DNA of 64,000 nucleotides from Hemiscyllium ocellatum. Lineage: Eukaryota. The stretch covers positions 52,133,001 through 52,197,000 of the forward strand of contig NC_083421.1 of NCBI RefSeq assembly GCF_020745735.1, given 5' to 3'. A program made the position numbers and the translations under genes. Each line of letters opens with the position of its first letter. The stretch's first letter is position 1. Positions 38,951 to 51,185 of the stretch are shown here, in pieces. The notes under the pieces are model-generated. The model was not told the origin of the DNA. It did not search any database and saw only the letters and a program-made list of their open reading frames with translations.

Positions 38951-39247
38951 GGTTGAAGTGTTTGCCATGAATGCTTCTGGCATGTGGTGCAAGTATGATA
39001 TTGACATCTAATGGTACCATACAGCAACATGTTCACCACATTGACTGATGATTGCTGACAACCATGACAAGCTGCCTGGCTTCATACCTGCACTAAATAA
39101 CAAGGCAAGACAGTGGTACTGTGATGCATTGAGCTCTGAGTGAGGAAGCAAAGCTCAAAATGAAAAGGCAAGGTAGAGAGGTTGTGAGTATCCAAGTAGG
39201 CATAGAAAAAGAGCACTCAGAGTACAAGCAAGGAACTCTCAAAGTTA

Positions 39248-39345
39248 GGAGAAAGTGAGGACTGTAGATGCTGGAGATCAGAGTCGAATGTGGTGCTAAA
39301 TAAGCACAGCAGGTCAAGCAGCATCTGAGGAGCAGGAGAATCGAC
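39248..39345 (-). mobile_element. PLE family A tail fragment beginning at the hammerhead cleavage triplet
   Basis: The reverse complement starts gtc|gattctcctgctcctcagatgctgc and ends ctcactttctcc like the 43994 terminus. Confidence 0.7.
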
Positions 39346-39522
39346 ATAGGCCCCATTCCCTGGTCCAATTCATGGCTTGTTCTTGCGCACAAAGTGTACT
39401 GTCACTAGCATTGCAATAGAAGGAGCCTGCGAGCTCTAAAGTGTAGCACTGGAGTGTAAAACTATATTTTAATTGGATTGGAGATGTGACATGAGGGTGT
39501 GATGAGGCTGGTACATGTCCAG

Positions 39523-40199
39523 ATTCTGGATTAGTGGTGCTGGAAGAGCACAGCAGTTCAGGCAGCATCCAAGGTGCAGTGAAATTGACGTTTCGGGCAA
39601 AAGCCCTTCATCAGGAATAAAGGCAGTGAGCCTGAAGCGTGGAGAGATAAGCTAGAGGAGGGTGGGGGTGGGGAGAAAGTAGCATAGAGTACAATGGGTG
39701 AGTGGAGGAGGGGATGAAGGTGATAGGTCAGGGAAGGGAGGGTGGAGTGGATAGGTGGAAAAGGAGATAGGCAGTTAGGACAAGTCTGGACAAGTCATGG
39801 GGACAGTGCTGAGCTGGAAGTTTGGAACTAGGGTGAGGTGGGGGAAGGGGAAATGAGGAAACTGTTGAAGCCCACATTGATGCCCTGGCACTGTCCCCAT
39901 GACTTGTCCTACCTGCCTATCTCCTTTTCCACCTATCCACTCCACCCTCTCCTCCCTGACCTATCACCTTCATCCCCTCACTCACTCATTGTACTGTATG
40001 TTACTTTCTTCCCACCTCCCCCCCCCCCCCCCCCCAGCTTATCTCTCCACGCTTCAGGCTCACTGCCTTTATCCCTGATGAAGGGCTTTTGCCCGAAATG
40101 TCAATTTCGCTGCACATTGGATGCTGCCTGAACTGCTGTGCTCTTCCAGCATCACTAATCCAGAATCTGGTTTCCAGCATCTGCAGTCATTGTTTTTAC
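39523..40199. mobile_element. Palindromic PLE insertion (family A variant), ~290 bp arms
   Basis: 39519-39810 is the reverse complement of ~39888-40170. Perfect 15-bp TSD ctggtacatgtccag at 39508-39522 and 40200-40214. Hammerhead cores at ~39584-39617 (-) and ~40072-40105 (+). Confidence 0.92.
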
Positions 40200-42546
40200 C
40201 TGGTACATGTCCAGTGCCCTCCACCTGGATGGGATTGCAGGTATTCGCAGCCCATGTGGCATGCCCTTCAACTCTGGTGACAGCTATCCAAGATAGAGAC
40301 ACAGGAGAGCAAGCAGTGAGCTGAAGTTGCTGATGCTTGCTCTGACCTTCACCTAGGAATTGTTGTCATCTAGTTTCTAGACATTGGATGAGAGAATAGG
40401 AAACTGCATATCCATGAAATGACATTAAGTCGTAATGCTAATACTCTCAACTGTATGCAAATAGACCTCTTGACGCCTACTTATGAGTCTCATTTCACTT
40501 TTAAAATTTTGATTGAAGAATCGGACCATTCATTTTCTCAATGACAAGAATCTTATTTATATTAACACACCACATTTTTGCCAAGTGACTGACTCACCAA
40601 TGTCTATGTCATTCAGTGACTGGGAAGATTCCACTTAATGTAATTATTTTCTGGCAGGAATTGAAACAATTTGATTTGCTACGTCCTAAAAATAGTTAGC
40701 ATTTTTAATGGACAAAAAAGCTACCAGGTTCAAATTATTATTCTTGCATTGTCAGCTGTGATGGAGGACTTTGTCTTCATTTCATATTATTTCTAAAACA
40801 AAGCTGCTGACTTGGCGAGCTTATGCAACTTGCTTTCATTCTTAAAGTTTTTTTGAAGCATTTAATTAACTTTATGCCTTGTTTGTTCAGAAAGTATTAC
40901 TGATAGATTAATATCAGTTTAATTAAGATTTATTTTCATTGGTCACTGATTTAGATGAGAAACTACTGTCATACTTTCTTCCCTTTTTCAATGTACAATA
41001 AAAGCAATCCTGCATATACTGGAGAGGTGGTGCTGTAGTGCTAATATTACCGGACTAGTAATCCAAAGCACCACCTTAATATTCTGGAGACATGGGTTTG
41101 AATCCCACCACAGCTGATCGTGAAATTTGAACGCAATATGGAGAAAAAACAAAATCTGGAACTAAAACCGAGCTTATGTGAACATGTTAGATGTTGATTA
41201 TGGTAAATCCTTATTTTGTTCACTAATGACAATCTGCCATCTTTACTTGTTCTGGCCTACATGTGCCTCCAGACTCACAGCAATACATTTTGAGTCTGAG
41301 CGATCAGGGATGAAGAATGAATACTGACCTAGCAGTGATACTCGCATCCCATCAATAAATTTTTTTAAAAATCAGCATGGTGATGAAGGTGTTCACCCTC
41401 TGTGTACGGATAAAACATTAGTTAGCGACCACTAACAGCACAGAATTTCCAAAGTATATTGATATAAATTGATGTATGCTGTCATGTCGTAACAGATCAT
41501 TTATAACTTGTGTAGAATGCAACAGTACAATGGATCTATTGGATCTCCTAGACATTAAAATTGACAAATTTGTTTGACAGGTATTAAATATATGCTTGAC
41601 TTGCCAGTAACATATATGTAGACATCAGCTGAAGTGCCCCATACACAACATAGGTCAAAGCTCCGTTATAAATCTCCAGGACTCATGTGGGACGGACAGA
41701 TATTTGAATGTGAGAACAGAAATCCTACCAACTTTTTATTATTTTCTATTTCTTTTTTGCTTTTTCTTTTGGATTCAGGCCTGGCCCAGAACCCATATAT
41801 CTTTTTCCCAAATCACTGTAGTTAATTTTGTCTTTTGGAGTGAGACAGAAAACTAAGGTACCTTTGTGAATAGAGTTTATTATTAATTTTTTTTTCTTTT
41901 TTTCCACCACTAGGAAAACATCCATGTGGCTCATTGAATACTTGCAAGTAAAGCCTATTGAGGGCAATGCTAACCTCAAAAACTGTGGGGGGAGGGTAGG
42001 GAGAGAAAGAGTCAACTAAATCAAAATGGAATTGGAGGGGAAATAAAGCATTGTATCCCCTGTGGCACTCATCTGTCTCTAACAACATTTTTATGTTTCT
42101 TTCCTGAAATTGAACGTATTGCTCATATGTAAAGAAGCTGGGTGCACTAATCATCAGTATAGAATAGTTATGGAGATGGTTACAATGTAATTCAGGCAGT
42201 ACATTGGTGGGAAAGGCATTTAGCTGATTTTAACTGGCAAGCATCTTGATTTTGCTAGGGGGCTGAAATTAAAATTGCCCCAGTGTTTTAAAAAATAATT
42301 TGTATAATTTGTTCACAAAACATACCTCCTATGTTTATCTTGTACTGGTAAAATGCTTGAAAGCTGCAATGGATAGTCCTGGGAACATGGTATAATGACT
42401 TATATGATAGTATTTAAGAGATCAGTTCACCTTGAAAGGTGCTATACTTCTGATATGTCCAAGCTAAGTTCAGTATGGTTTCCACCAATTAATGATCCCA
42501 TTTTAACTATACAATTATACATTAACTGCAGCTTTTCCATCCACAG

Positions 42547-42618
42547 TTATACTTGATGCCCCTGATACCGTGTTAATTGAGAGAAATCTTGAGAAAAGGA
42601 TTGACATGACTACAGGAG
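42547..42618 (+). CDS. AK8: Adenylate kinase 8, internal coding exon (72 nt; [24 protein letters not shown])
   Basis: ttttccatccacag acceptor and gtataa donor. Matches AK8 [24 protein letters not shown]; phase 1-1. Confidence 0.95.
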
Positions 42619-42985
42619 GTATAATACATTTATTTGTAAACTAACTCATTGTCAGAATTACACCTTAAAGTAGTTTATAACCAGCTCCATTTCTTCTCTT
42701 ACATTCTACACTTTTTTTTATCTTAAGTATCTTGATGATTAAAATAGTAATTTTCCAAAGCAGAAGCAAGTTGTTTCACTATGCTTTTTCTTTATTGTGG
42801 TTCTTGTGTATTGTGGTTAATAGAATATCCAGTGATATCCTTGTAGAAACATTTTGAGGAATGTAAACTGCATGCATCTTCTAGGGGAAGCAAAGACTAG
42901 GCTGCTTTACATCCTGAACAATACAGAGCTGAAAATGTGTTGCTGGAAAAGCGCAGCAGGTCAGGCAGCATCCAAGGAACAGGAA

Positions 42986-43021
42986 ATTCAACGTTTCGGG
43001 CATAAGCCCTTCATCAGGAAT
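42986..43021 (-). ncRNA. Intact minimal hammerhead ribozyme (antisense arm)
   Basis: Reverse complement: auuc-CUGAUGA-a-gggc-uuau-gccc-GAAA-cg-UU-gaau. Confidence 0.78.
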
Positions 43022-43866
43022 GAGGAAAGTGTGTCCAGCAGGCTAAGATAAAAGGTAGGGAGGAGGGACTTGGGGGAGGGGCGTTGGAGATGCGATAGGT
43101 GGAAGGAGGTCAAGGTGAGGGTGATAGGCCGGAGTGGGGTGGGGGCGGAGAGGTCAGGAAGAAGATTGCAGGTTAGGAAGGCGGTGCTGAGTTTGAGGGA
43201 TTCGACTGAGACAAGGTGGGGGGAGGGGAAATGAGGAAACTGGAGAAATCTGAGTTCATCCCTTGTGGTTGGAGGATTCCCAGGCGGAAGATGAGGTGCT
43301 CTTCCTCCAACCGTCGTGGTTGTTATGGTCTGGTGATGGAGGAGTCCAAGGACCTGCATGTCCTTGGTGGAGTGGGAGGGGTAGTTAAAGTGTTGAGCCA
43401 CGGGGTGGTTGGGTTGGTTGGTCCTCTGGGACACCCGGATTTCAGAGAACGCCTCTGGGACACCCGGACCAACCAACCCAACCACCCCGTGGCTCAACAC
43501 TTTAACTCTCCCTCCCACTCCACCAAGGACATGCAGGTCCTTGGACCCTCCATCGCCAGACCATAACAACACGACGGTTGGAGGAAGAGCGCCTCATCTT
43601 CCGCCTGGGAATCCTCCAACCACAAGGGATGAACTCAGATTTCTCCAGTTTCCTCATTTCCCCTCCCCCCACCTTGTCTCAGTCGAATCCCTCGAACTCA
43701 GCACCGCCCTCCTAACCTGCAATCTTCTTCCTGACCTCTCCGTCCCCACCCCACTCCGGCCTATCACCCTCACCTTGACCTCCTTCCATCTATCACATCT
43801 CCATTGCCCGTCCCCCAAGTCCCTCCTCCCTACCTTTTATCTTAGCCTGCTGGACACACTTTCCTC

Positions 43867-43902
43867 ATTCCTGATGAAGGGCTTGTGCCCGAAACGTTGA
43901 AT
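43867..43902 (+). ncRNA. Intact minimal hammerhead ribozyme (sense to AK8 pre-mRNA)
   Basis: auuc-CUGAUGA-a-gggc-uugu-gccc-GAAA-cg-UU-gaau: stem I auuc/gaau, stem II gggc/gccc, palindromic ACGU stem III, predicted cut after GUU. Confidence 0.8.
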
Positions 43903-45180
43903 TTCCTGTTCCTTGGATGCTGCCTGACCTGCTGTGCTTTTCCAGCAACACATTTTCAGCTCTGATCCCCAGCATCTGCAGACCTCACTTTCTCCATCCT
44001 GAACAATACACTCAACTCATTTGTTTGTGCTTTGGGAAGGAGGAGACTTAAAAATGCTGAAATGTGGTACGCAACAGAAGAATGTTTAAAAAAATTTATA
44101 TTGTATTTATATGGTATCATCCACATGCTTTACAGTATTAACCATATCCTTTAGAAGTGGTGTAATGTAAGCAGTCAGTTGTCACACAAGATACCAAAGC
44201 CACAATGTGCTAAAGGGATCAGATTAATTTTGATTTCACCTTTAAATCCATCAGCCCAATTTCATTTCTGCCCATTGTATTAGTCTATTAAGTAAACATA
44301 TTCTTTGTGGCACAACTGTTATGCTTTCCTGGGTTTAGTATGGATCATTCTTCCAACTTGATTCACTGTCTCACCTTTATGGTGTAGTAGTGAAATACCA
44401 CTGCTGCTCAGTTGCAATCCTATCAGTCCTAAAATAGATAATACTTCATCTGCGACAAGTGGTTTTTCCATTCCTGCAATATTATCCTAAAACTAAAGTG
44501 AGGTTTTAACTATTGTTTTCTCCTGTTCCTACTCACGCTGTGTCCTGCCACTCCATAAATAGTTGCATACTTACCATCCTATTTTTAAATGAGCATGTTA
44601 TCCATTCTTTTCCAATGTATTTATAACAACTATAATTTATTTTGTGACACAATTTTTTAATGCCTTTCTTGGAGTTTTGCAGTATTGAAATTATAAAAGT
44701 TAATTTTTTTTACAACAGATCCATAGTAAAATTAAAATAAAGTGTTCTCAAATAATTATGTTTGAAACTTGTATTACAAATGCACAGTTCTGGATATCAC
44801 AACATTTTTAATTACAGTTTCCCAGGTAACAAAATAAAGTTTTGTTCGGCAGTAATCTTCTAATATTTTGTAGCGCTTTTCTAATATTATTCATTTTAAA
44901 TCAACCTGCATAATTACCATTATCGGCTGGTCTAAATATATTTTCTCTATAAACAATTAAGATGTTCAAATTTTAGCTAAATAATTCTCAGTGTTGTTGA
45001 TTACTGAATAAGAATAGAGACTGATGCATCTTGATTAGTCTGTAAGTAAATGTAACCACTGAAGTGGATTTATATTCTTTATATTGCCTAGAGTATTGTT
45101 CCTTCAAAGAGAGTAGTTTATAATTCATATTGTGCTTTACCATTCTATTCTTTACTTTAACCTTTACCTGTATACTCTAG

Positions 45181-45381
45181 AAATATATCATACAACCTTC
45201 AATTGGCCATCCTCCAGCAAAATACAAAAGCGCCTAGTGAAACCTGATGGAACTTCAGAGGAAGAAACTGCAAAGAGATTATTGGAATACCGCAGAGTGA
45301 TTCATGGGATACTGAATAGCTACAGTAAAAAATACCATATTATTAATGCGGATCAGCCCAGTGTTGATGTCTTTTCCCAGA
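45181..45381 (+). CDS. AK8: Adenylate kinase 8, internal coding exon (201 nt; EIYHTTFNWPSSSKIQKRLVKPDGTSEEETAKRLLEYRR...INADQPSVDVFSQ)
   Basis: Polypyrimidine tract plus ctag acceptor and gtaagt donor; lies inside ORF 45132..45389. Matches AK8 EIYHTTFDWPP...ISADQPCVDVFYQ. Confidence 0.96.
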
Positions 45382-46079
45382 GTAAGTAATATTCTATCAA
45401 CAACCTTTTATAGGAGGATCTAGTAAAGGTAATATTTGTATTGCTGAAAGCTTCTGTTTGGTAGTGGTTGAAATTATGAGTGAAACGGTGAGTTGACTAT
45501 CATTTTATTGATTTGAAATCCAATTCAAACTAAAGGAGACAGAACTCACCAATATATGTTTCATGAAAAATTCTCAAATTAAAATAATATTGGGGTAGGC
45601 ATTATATTCAATATAAAGTTCCTAATAAACATAAGTTTATGACCAGCTATTCACCTCCAACAATCATTTGGGTGTCCAGATGATTTGTTTTATGTGTGCA
45701 CTGTTTACTGCAATGATGTACGAGTTGGACCACTCAACCACTTTTTCTAAAATAAACTACAGAAGTTATAAATGCTTTCAGAAAGCAAAGGGACACTTAC
45801 TCCCTTTTGGTTTATTCTGCAACAGTACAACTGATCAAAACTCATACATAATACAGTGGGCAGAAAGTGAGAAAGAGAAGAAGAGTCGATTCACTTTGGC
45901 AGTGCACTTTGCTATTGCAACCTACTATTCTTTCACACCAGTTATTGTGTTGGACAAAGTCCTTAAAAAAAGTAATAGTGGTGAAAGAAGCTCCAAAAGT
46001 GAAAATTAAACATGTGATTTTATATATTAATAACTGCAGCTGCTCTATTTTGGTTACTTTTATTCACCTACTCAGTTAT

Positions 46080-47750
46080 TAAGAAGAAGGAAATCAATAG
46101 ACAGGGTTAAACTATCAGGTATCAGGGTTGGGTTCTGCAGTCCTATCAGATCCAGCTGTGAACGTTAGTGGACATTCAAACAACTAACCGTAGTGGTAGT
46201 TCCACAAATATCTCCATCCTCAATGAGGGGGGAGTCCAACACTTCAGTGCAAAAGACAAGGCTGAAGTTTTTTGCATTGATCTTTGGCCAGAAATGCCAT
46301 GGGATGATCCATCTCTATCCTTCTGAGATCCCCAGCATCACAAATATCAGTCTTCAACCAATTTGATTCATTCCATTTAATATCAAGGAACAACTGAAGA
46401 CACTTAATTCTGCAAAGGCTATGAAGCCTGGCAATATTCCAACATAATACTGTACAGTTATGCCCCAGGGATTGCATTCCTAGGGAATCTATACCAGTAC
46501 AGTTACAACATGAGCATTCACTGGACAATGTGGTAAATTTACCAAGCATGTCCTGTGCACAAAAGGCTGTCCTATTACTGCCCTATCATTCTACTGTCAA
46601 TCATCAGCAATGTGATTGAAGGGGTAATCGAGAGGGCTATGAAGCAGCACTTGCAAACTGTTTAGTACTGCTCAGTTTGAGTTCTATCATGTCTATTTGG
46701 CTCCTGACTTCATTGCAACTTCAGTCATGGACAAAAGAGATAAACTCCAGAGGTGAGATGGTTGATTTCCTTTAACTTCAAGGCAGCATTCAGCCAAGTA
46801 TATGTCAAGGATCCCTAGCAAAGCTGGACTCAATGAGAATTGGGGAAATCTCAGCTGGTAAGAGTCATACTTAGCACAAAAGAAGATGGTTCTAATTTTT
46901 TAAAGGTCAATCGCCTCAGCCCTAGAGCATCATTGAAGACATTTCTTGGACTAGTGTCCCTCCATCGTAAGGTAAGAAATGGAGATGTTTGCTGATAATT
47001 GCAAGATGTTCAGCAGCATTCATGTTTCCACAGATACTAAAGCAGCCAAGTCTATATACAGCATTGGTGTCACACATGTCCCAGGCAATGACCAGAGAAC
47101 TCACCCTTTGACATTCAGAATCCCCCACTATCAACAGACTGGATATTATCATTGGACCAGCCATATAGATACTGTAGCTGTAAGAGTGGGTTAGAAGTTA
47201 GGAATTCTATGATGTCTGTTCACCATCTACAAGGAACAAGTCAGGATTATGATGGAATATTCACAACTTTCCTGGATGTGTGCCATTCCAACAACACTGG
47301 AGAGGTTTGACACCACCCTGAACAAAGCAGCCTGATGATTTGCACCCCATCCATAACCTTGAACATTCACTCTCATCACCACTGACACAGTGGCAGTGTG
47401 TACTGTCTGCACGATGCATTCCAGTAGCTTACCAAGGCTCGTCTGACAGCACCTTCCAAACCCATGGCCTTTGCCATATAGGATGAGACCAACAAATACA
47501 TAGGAGTACCACTACATGCAAACTCATCCAAGCCATGCAGTTAAGGAATTGGGACTATGTCACCATTCCTGAACTGTCACTGGAACAACAACCTGGAACT
47601 TTCTGCCTAACAGTGCTCTGAGCAGCCCTACACCCTAAGAATGCTCAAATTAAAGAAGGCAACTCACCACTGTCTTCTCCAGGGGAATTAGGCATGTGTG
47701 ATTTGGGCTGGCTTAATCAATAACACCTACATTCTTTTGAATTAATCAAA
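46080..47750 (+). mobile_element. Old CR1-clade LINE (same family as 590-3185)
   Basis: MEMFADNCKMF; YKEQVRIMMEY; matching tail. Confidence 0.8.
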
Positions 47751-48631
47751 AACAAACTGCCTGCACTGAAGCAGTATGTAAAGGCAATTCATTGTTCCTT
47801 TATGAGTGTCTTACCACTTTCTTATTGTTCATAGACATCATATTACTGCAGTGCCAAGGTCTTTATTCACTAGGCAAAAACATTCTGCTGACTAAAGTCA
47901 TGAAAATTTTATGTTGCATTTCATTAATTTCAATCTTGTATTTCAGCATAAATAATTTTCATAATTTGCAGCAATTAGTGGAAGAGGAGAAATGTGCATA
48001 GGCTGATTCATTTTTGCAGGATAATTTCACATGTTGCATTATCAAGTCAGAATCCGAAGTTTGCCTTATACTCTGATTTGTTGAACTCATTGTTCCCTTG
48101 GGTTTGCAAGAAAGCTGTGTTTGTCTCATGCAGAAGAGATCAGAAAACAAACAATATATAGTGAGGCTATTTGATTTTTAATAAAAATTAATGTAAATTA
48201 TAACTTTTGAAATCTGTGCAGCAATACACTTTGACTTAAGTGTGTATTTTTTTTAAAAACTAAAATTGCACAATTTTCTGTTGATGTGTATCCATAATTG
48301 TTTGTATTTTGTACAATTACATTAATTGAAAAATTTTATAAAAGATTAAAATTCCACTTGAATCTCATTTATTTAAAGCTTGGAACAGGCTATTCATGCA
48401 TTGCAATCTTTATACATTTTTGCAACTGTGAAAGAAAATCAGGAGGGAATAATTACATCTAATTACTCCACAGTTAATTAATACAAATGGGGAAGGTGTG
48501 GGAGGGGGGGGAAATCACGTATAAATGGGGCTTAACAACATTCATACTGTATGAGTTTGTTTGCCTCTAAGTGTTATTAGTGCTCAGAGTCTCCGCTAAT
48601 TTTTTTTAAAAAACCTTTCCATTGTACACAG

Positions 48632-48763
48632 CTTTAAGCCATGTCCAAAGCCGACATCGATCCAATGCCCCCTACACACCAAGAATTATTCTTCTTGGTC
48701 CCCCTGGCAGTGGTAGGAGCCTGCAGGCAGCACTGATTGCTGAAAAATACAGGATTGTTAACG
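48632..48763 (+). CDS. AK8: Adenylate kinase 8, internal coding exon (132 nt; [44 protein letters not shown]), P-loop of second AK domain
   Basis: acacag acceptor and gtgagc donor. Matches AK8 [44 protein letters not shown]. Confidence 0.96.
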
Positions 48764-51185
48764 GTGAGCACTAACTCAGTTGGACTTTTTGTCTTTATTG
48801 AACTTCTGTCTTTGTCTTGTAGATTCTGCTGTACAACAGCAGTACATTTGAAACTTTACAATCTGGCAGTAAATATGTGGTAAGTCCATGGCCTGTTGTG
48901 ACTTGTTTCTATTACAGTTTTGCCTCTGGAGGCATCTAAACATACAATACATAAACGTTGCTGCAAGGTCAGTACTTCTATGTTTGATACTTCAGTGACT
49001 TGTCATAAATATATCTTCTATATTTCTGTCTACTGGTATGGAAATCAAACTTCAGAGCTGAATCAGACTCACATAGTCTATGTGATGCTGCAACCAAAAT
49101 GGCAAACCTTCTCTGTTTTTGGATGCTGGCTGCTCTGCTTCATGTTGTCAGCATTTGCTCTTTTTACTGTCAAATGATTATCCTTGTCTATTTCACACGG
49201 CTGATCTATATATTCTGGTGGTTTCATTGTTTGTCTTTTCCTAAGTGTCTTCTTTCACTAGGAGGGCAGATGGTCTGCCTGATAACCTGCCTCAGATAAC
49301 CTGAGTGTAGTCAAAGCCACCTTTTGTTGAGTTATCAGGTGATATGCCCAGGGGTAAAAAGATCTTGGAGGCTGAGCATTTTTACTTTTATGCATCTTGC
49401 ATTGCAACTATTTTCAGCAGACTACAACACTGATTCTCTAGCTAGATGTACAGGGTTGGAGCTAGTAGTCAATGTGTTCCAGTGTGAAAGAAACTTAATT
49501 TTTCTTCATTGCTCAAATATGAAAATAATTGGAAACAGCTTATATTTGCAAGTAACTGCTGTTTTCATCAAACATTTTTGGGGTCATAATTTTGAATTGC
49601 CCATAGCAAAATTAACTAAAATGCAGTTACTTAACATAACATGCTTAACATGCCTGCCATTGGTCTCACTATCAGTTTGAAAAAACAGAACAAGAATTCT
49701 CTTTGTTGGTTTAGGTGGATACTAATAATCCCATGGCACTATTTTAAAACAGAAGGTCAATTATGGTGAGGTTGTCAGCAAACTTTGATTTTTCTAAGGT
49801 GAACAGTGGAATAGCATGATCCGTGCAGTAAAATGGAACTGTTCGCAATTCACTTTCCATGTCTGTGTTGTCACAAGTTCCTGAGGTTTTCTTTTACATA
49901 GAAGAAATAACATGCATATCTAACTCACTGTAATTTTCCCAGTAAATTCTGGGCCACTTTGTGGTGTGCAGTGTTCATAGGATTGCTTACTGTTGTCATG
50001 CAGCATGGGTTGTCACAATTAAAAATGTTAATTTGATATGAAGTACTTTCAGATATTTCTGAGAGATGTGATAAACCTGTACGTAAATAAAATATTTATT
50101 TTGAGTTCAGTTCTAGTTTGAGGATATGTTGTTAATCTGTTGATTTAATAGTGTTGCTTTTTTATGCATAATTCAATTAGATTAAATTAAACTAACTTAA
50201 ACTGACTGCACTGTCTTAGTGTCTATGTGATCAAGAGTTCTCATTTACTATCAGATTAGTTGACAACTTTTCTTTGTTCAACTGTTATTGAAATTCATGA
50301 AGTTCTTTTTGACACCAACGGAATAGCAATCTTTAGCCCAATTATATGTTGAAATGCAACAAGAATTTTTTTCTGTTTTGTATAATACACAAAATAAATA
50401 AATAATCCTGATTCTCATGAGTAGTTCAGAATAAAACAATGGAGATTAGTAGCAACTAGTAACTTTTAAAATTGCGTGCAACTGTAAAGTATTAAATTGT
50501 TTATTTGCTTTCCGTCTTCATTTTTTTTTAGTAAGCCTCACCAAAAATGACAAATTTACATATTTCTACAGTTTCTAAATTTCATGATTTTTCTCAGACA
50601 AGGTTTGGTCTTATGTATTGGTGTATTTGTACTCTGAGAGCTCTTTCTTTCATTACCCCAACTGGACTTGCATATTCCACGTAGTAAGTGACTTTACTGT
50701 TCTACCTATCAAACTGTAGACCTCCTATTTATCTATGTTGAACTTCATTTGCAAATCATTTATCCATTCTGCAAGCTTATTAATGTCCTCCCAAAATTTG
50801 TTATAGTCCTTACTCAATATTGATTACTCACCAACTTCACAATTTGGTATCATCTGTGAATTTAATTTTTTTTTCATTGATTACAAAGTCCAAATCATTG
50901 ATGTAAATTATAACTGGGAACAATGAAACAGTAAAGCTGCTTGTCAATAGTGTTTAAGAAACAGTTATTCTTCACAGCTGTAGGTGAATGGTCTATGAAA
51001 CATTTGAATTTTTCAAATTTTTTATGAATGGGTAGCATGTGTCATGTAAATAATTATACCTTCAGGCAAACTATAACACTATTCACAAGGAATTTGAGGG
51101 TAGCATAGACTGTTGTAGTTTTACTCGTGACCAGGAAAATTACTTCTTTGAATGACATTGCTGAGATGAACACTTGTTTTTCCAG

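Larger units (their letters stand above)
42926..43994. mobile_element. Palindromic PLE insertion (family A), ~500 bp near-identical arms
   Basis: 42926-43424 is the reverse complement of 43466-43962. Perfect 16-bp TSD catcctgaacaataca at 42910-42925 and 43995-44010. Encodes GIY-YIG C-terminus (FRERLWDTRTNQPNHPVAQHFNSPSH..RLEEERLIFRLG). Confidence 0.95.

Noticed and set aside
42988-43900. Paired 194-aa and 163-aa ORFs on opposite strands
   Set aside because: Off-frame readings of the two arms of the PLE palindrome.
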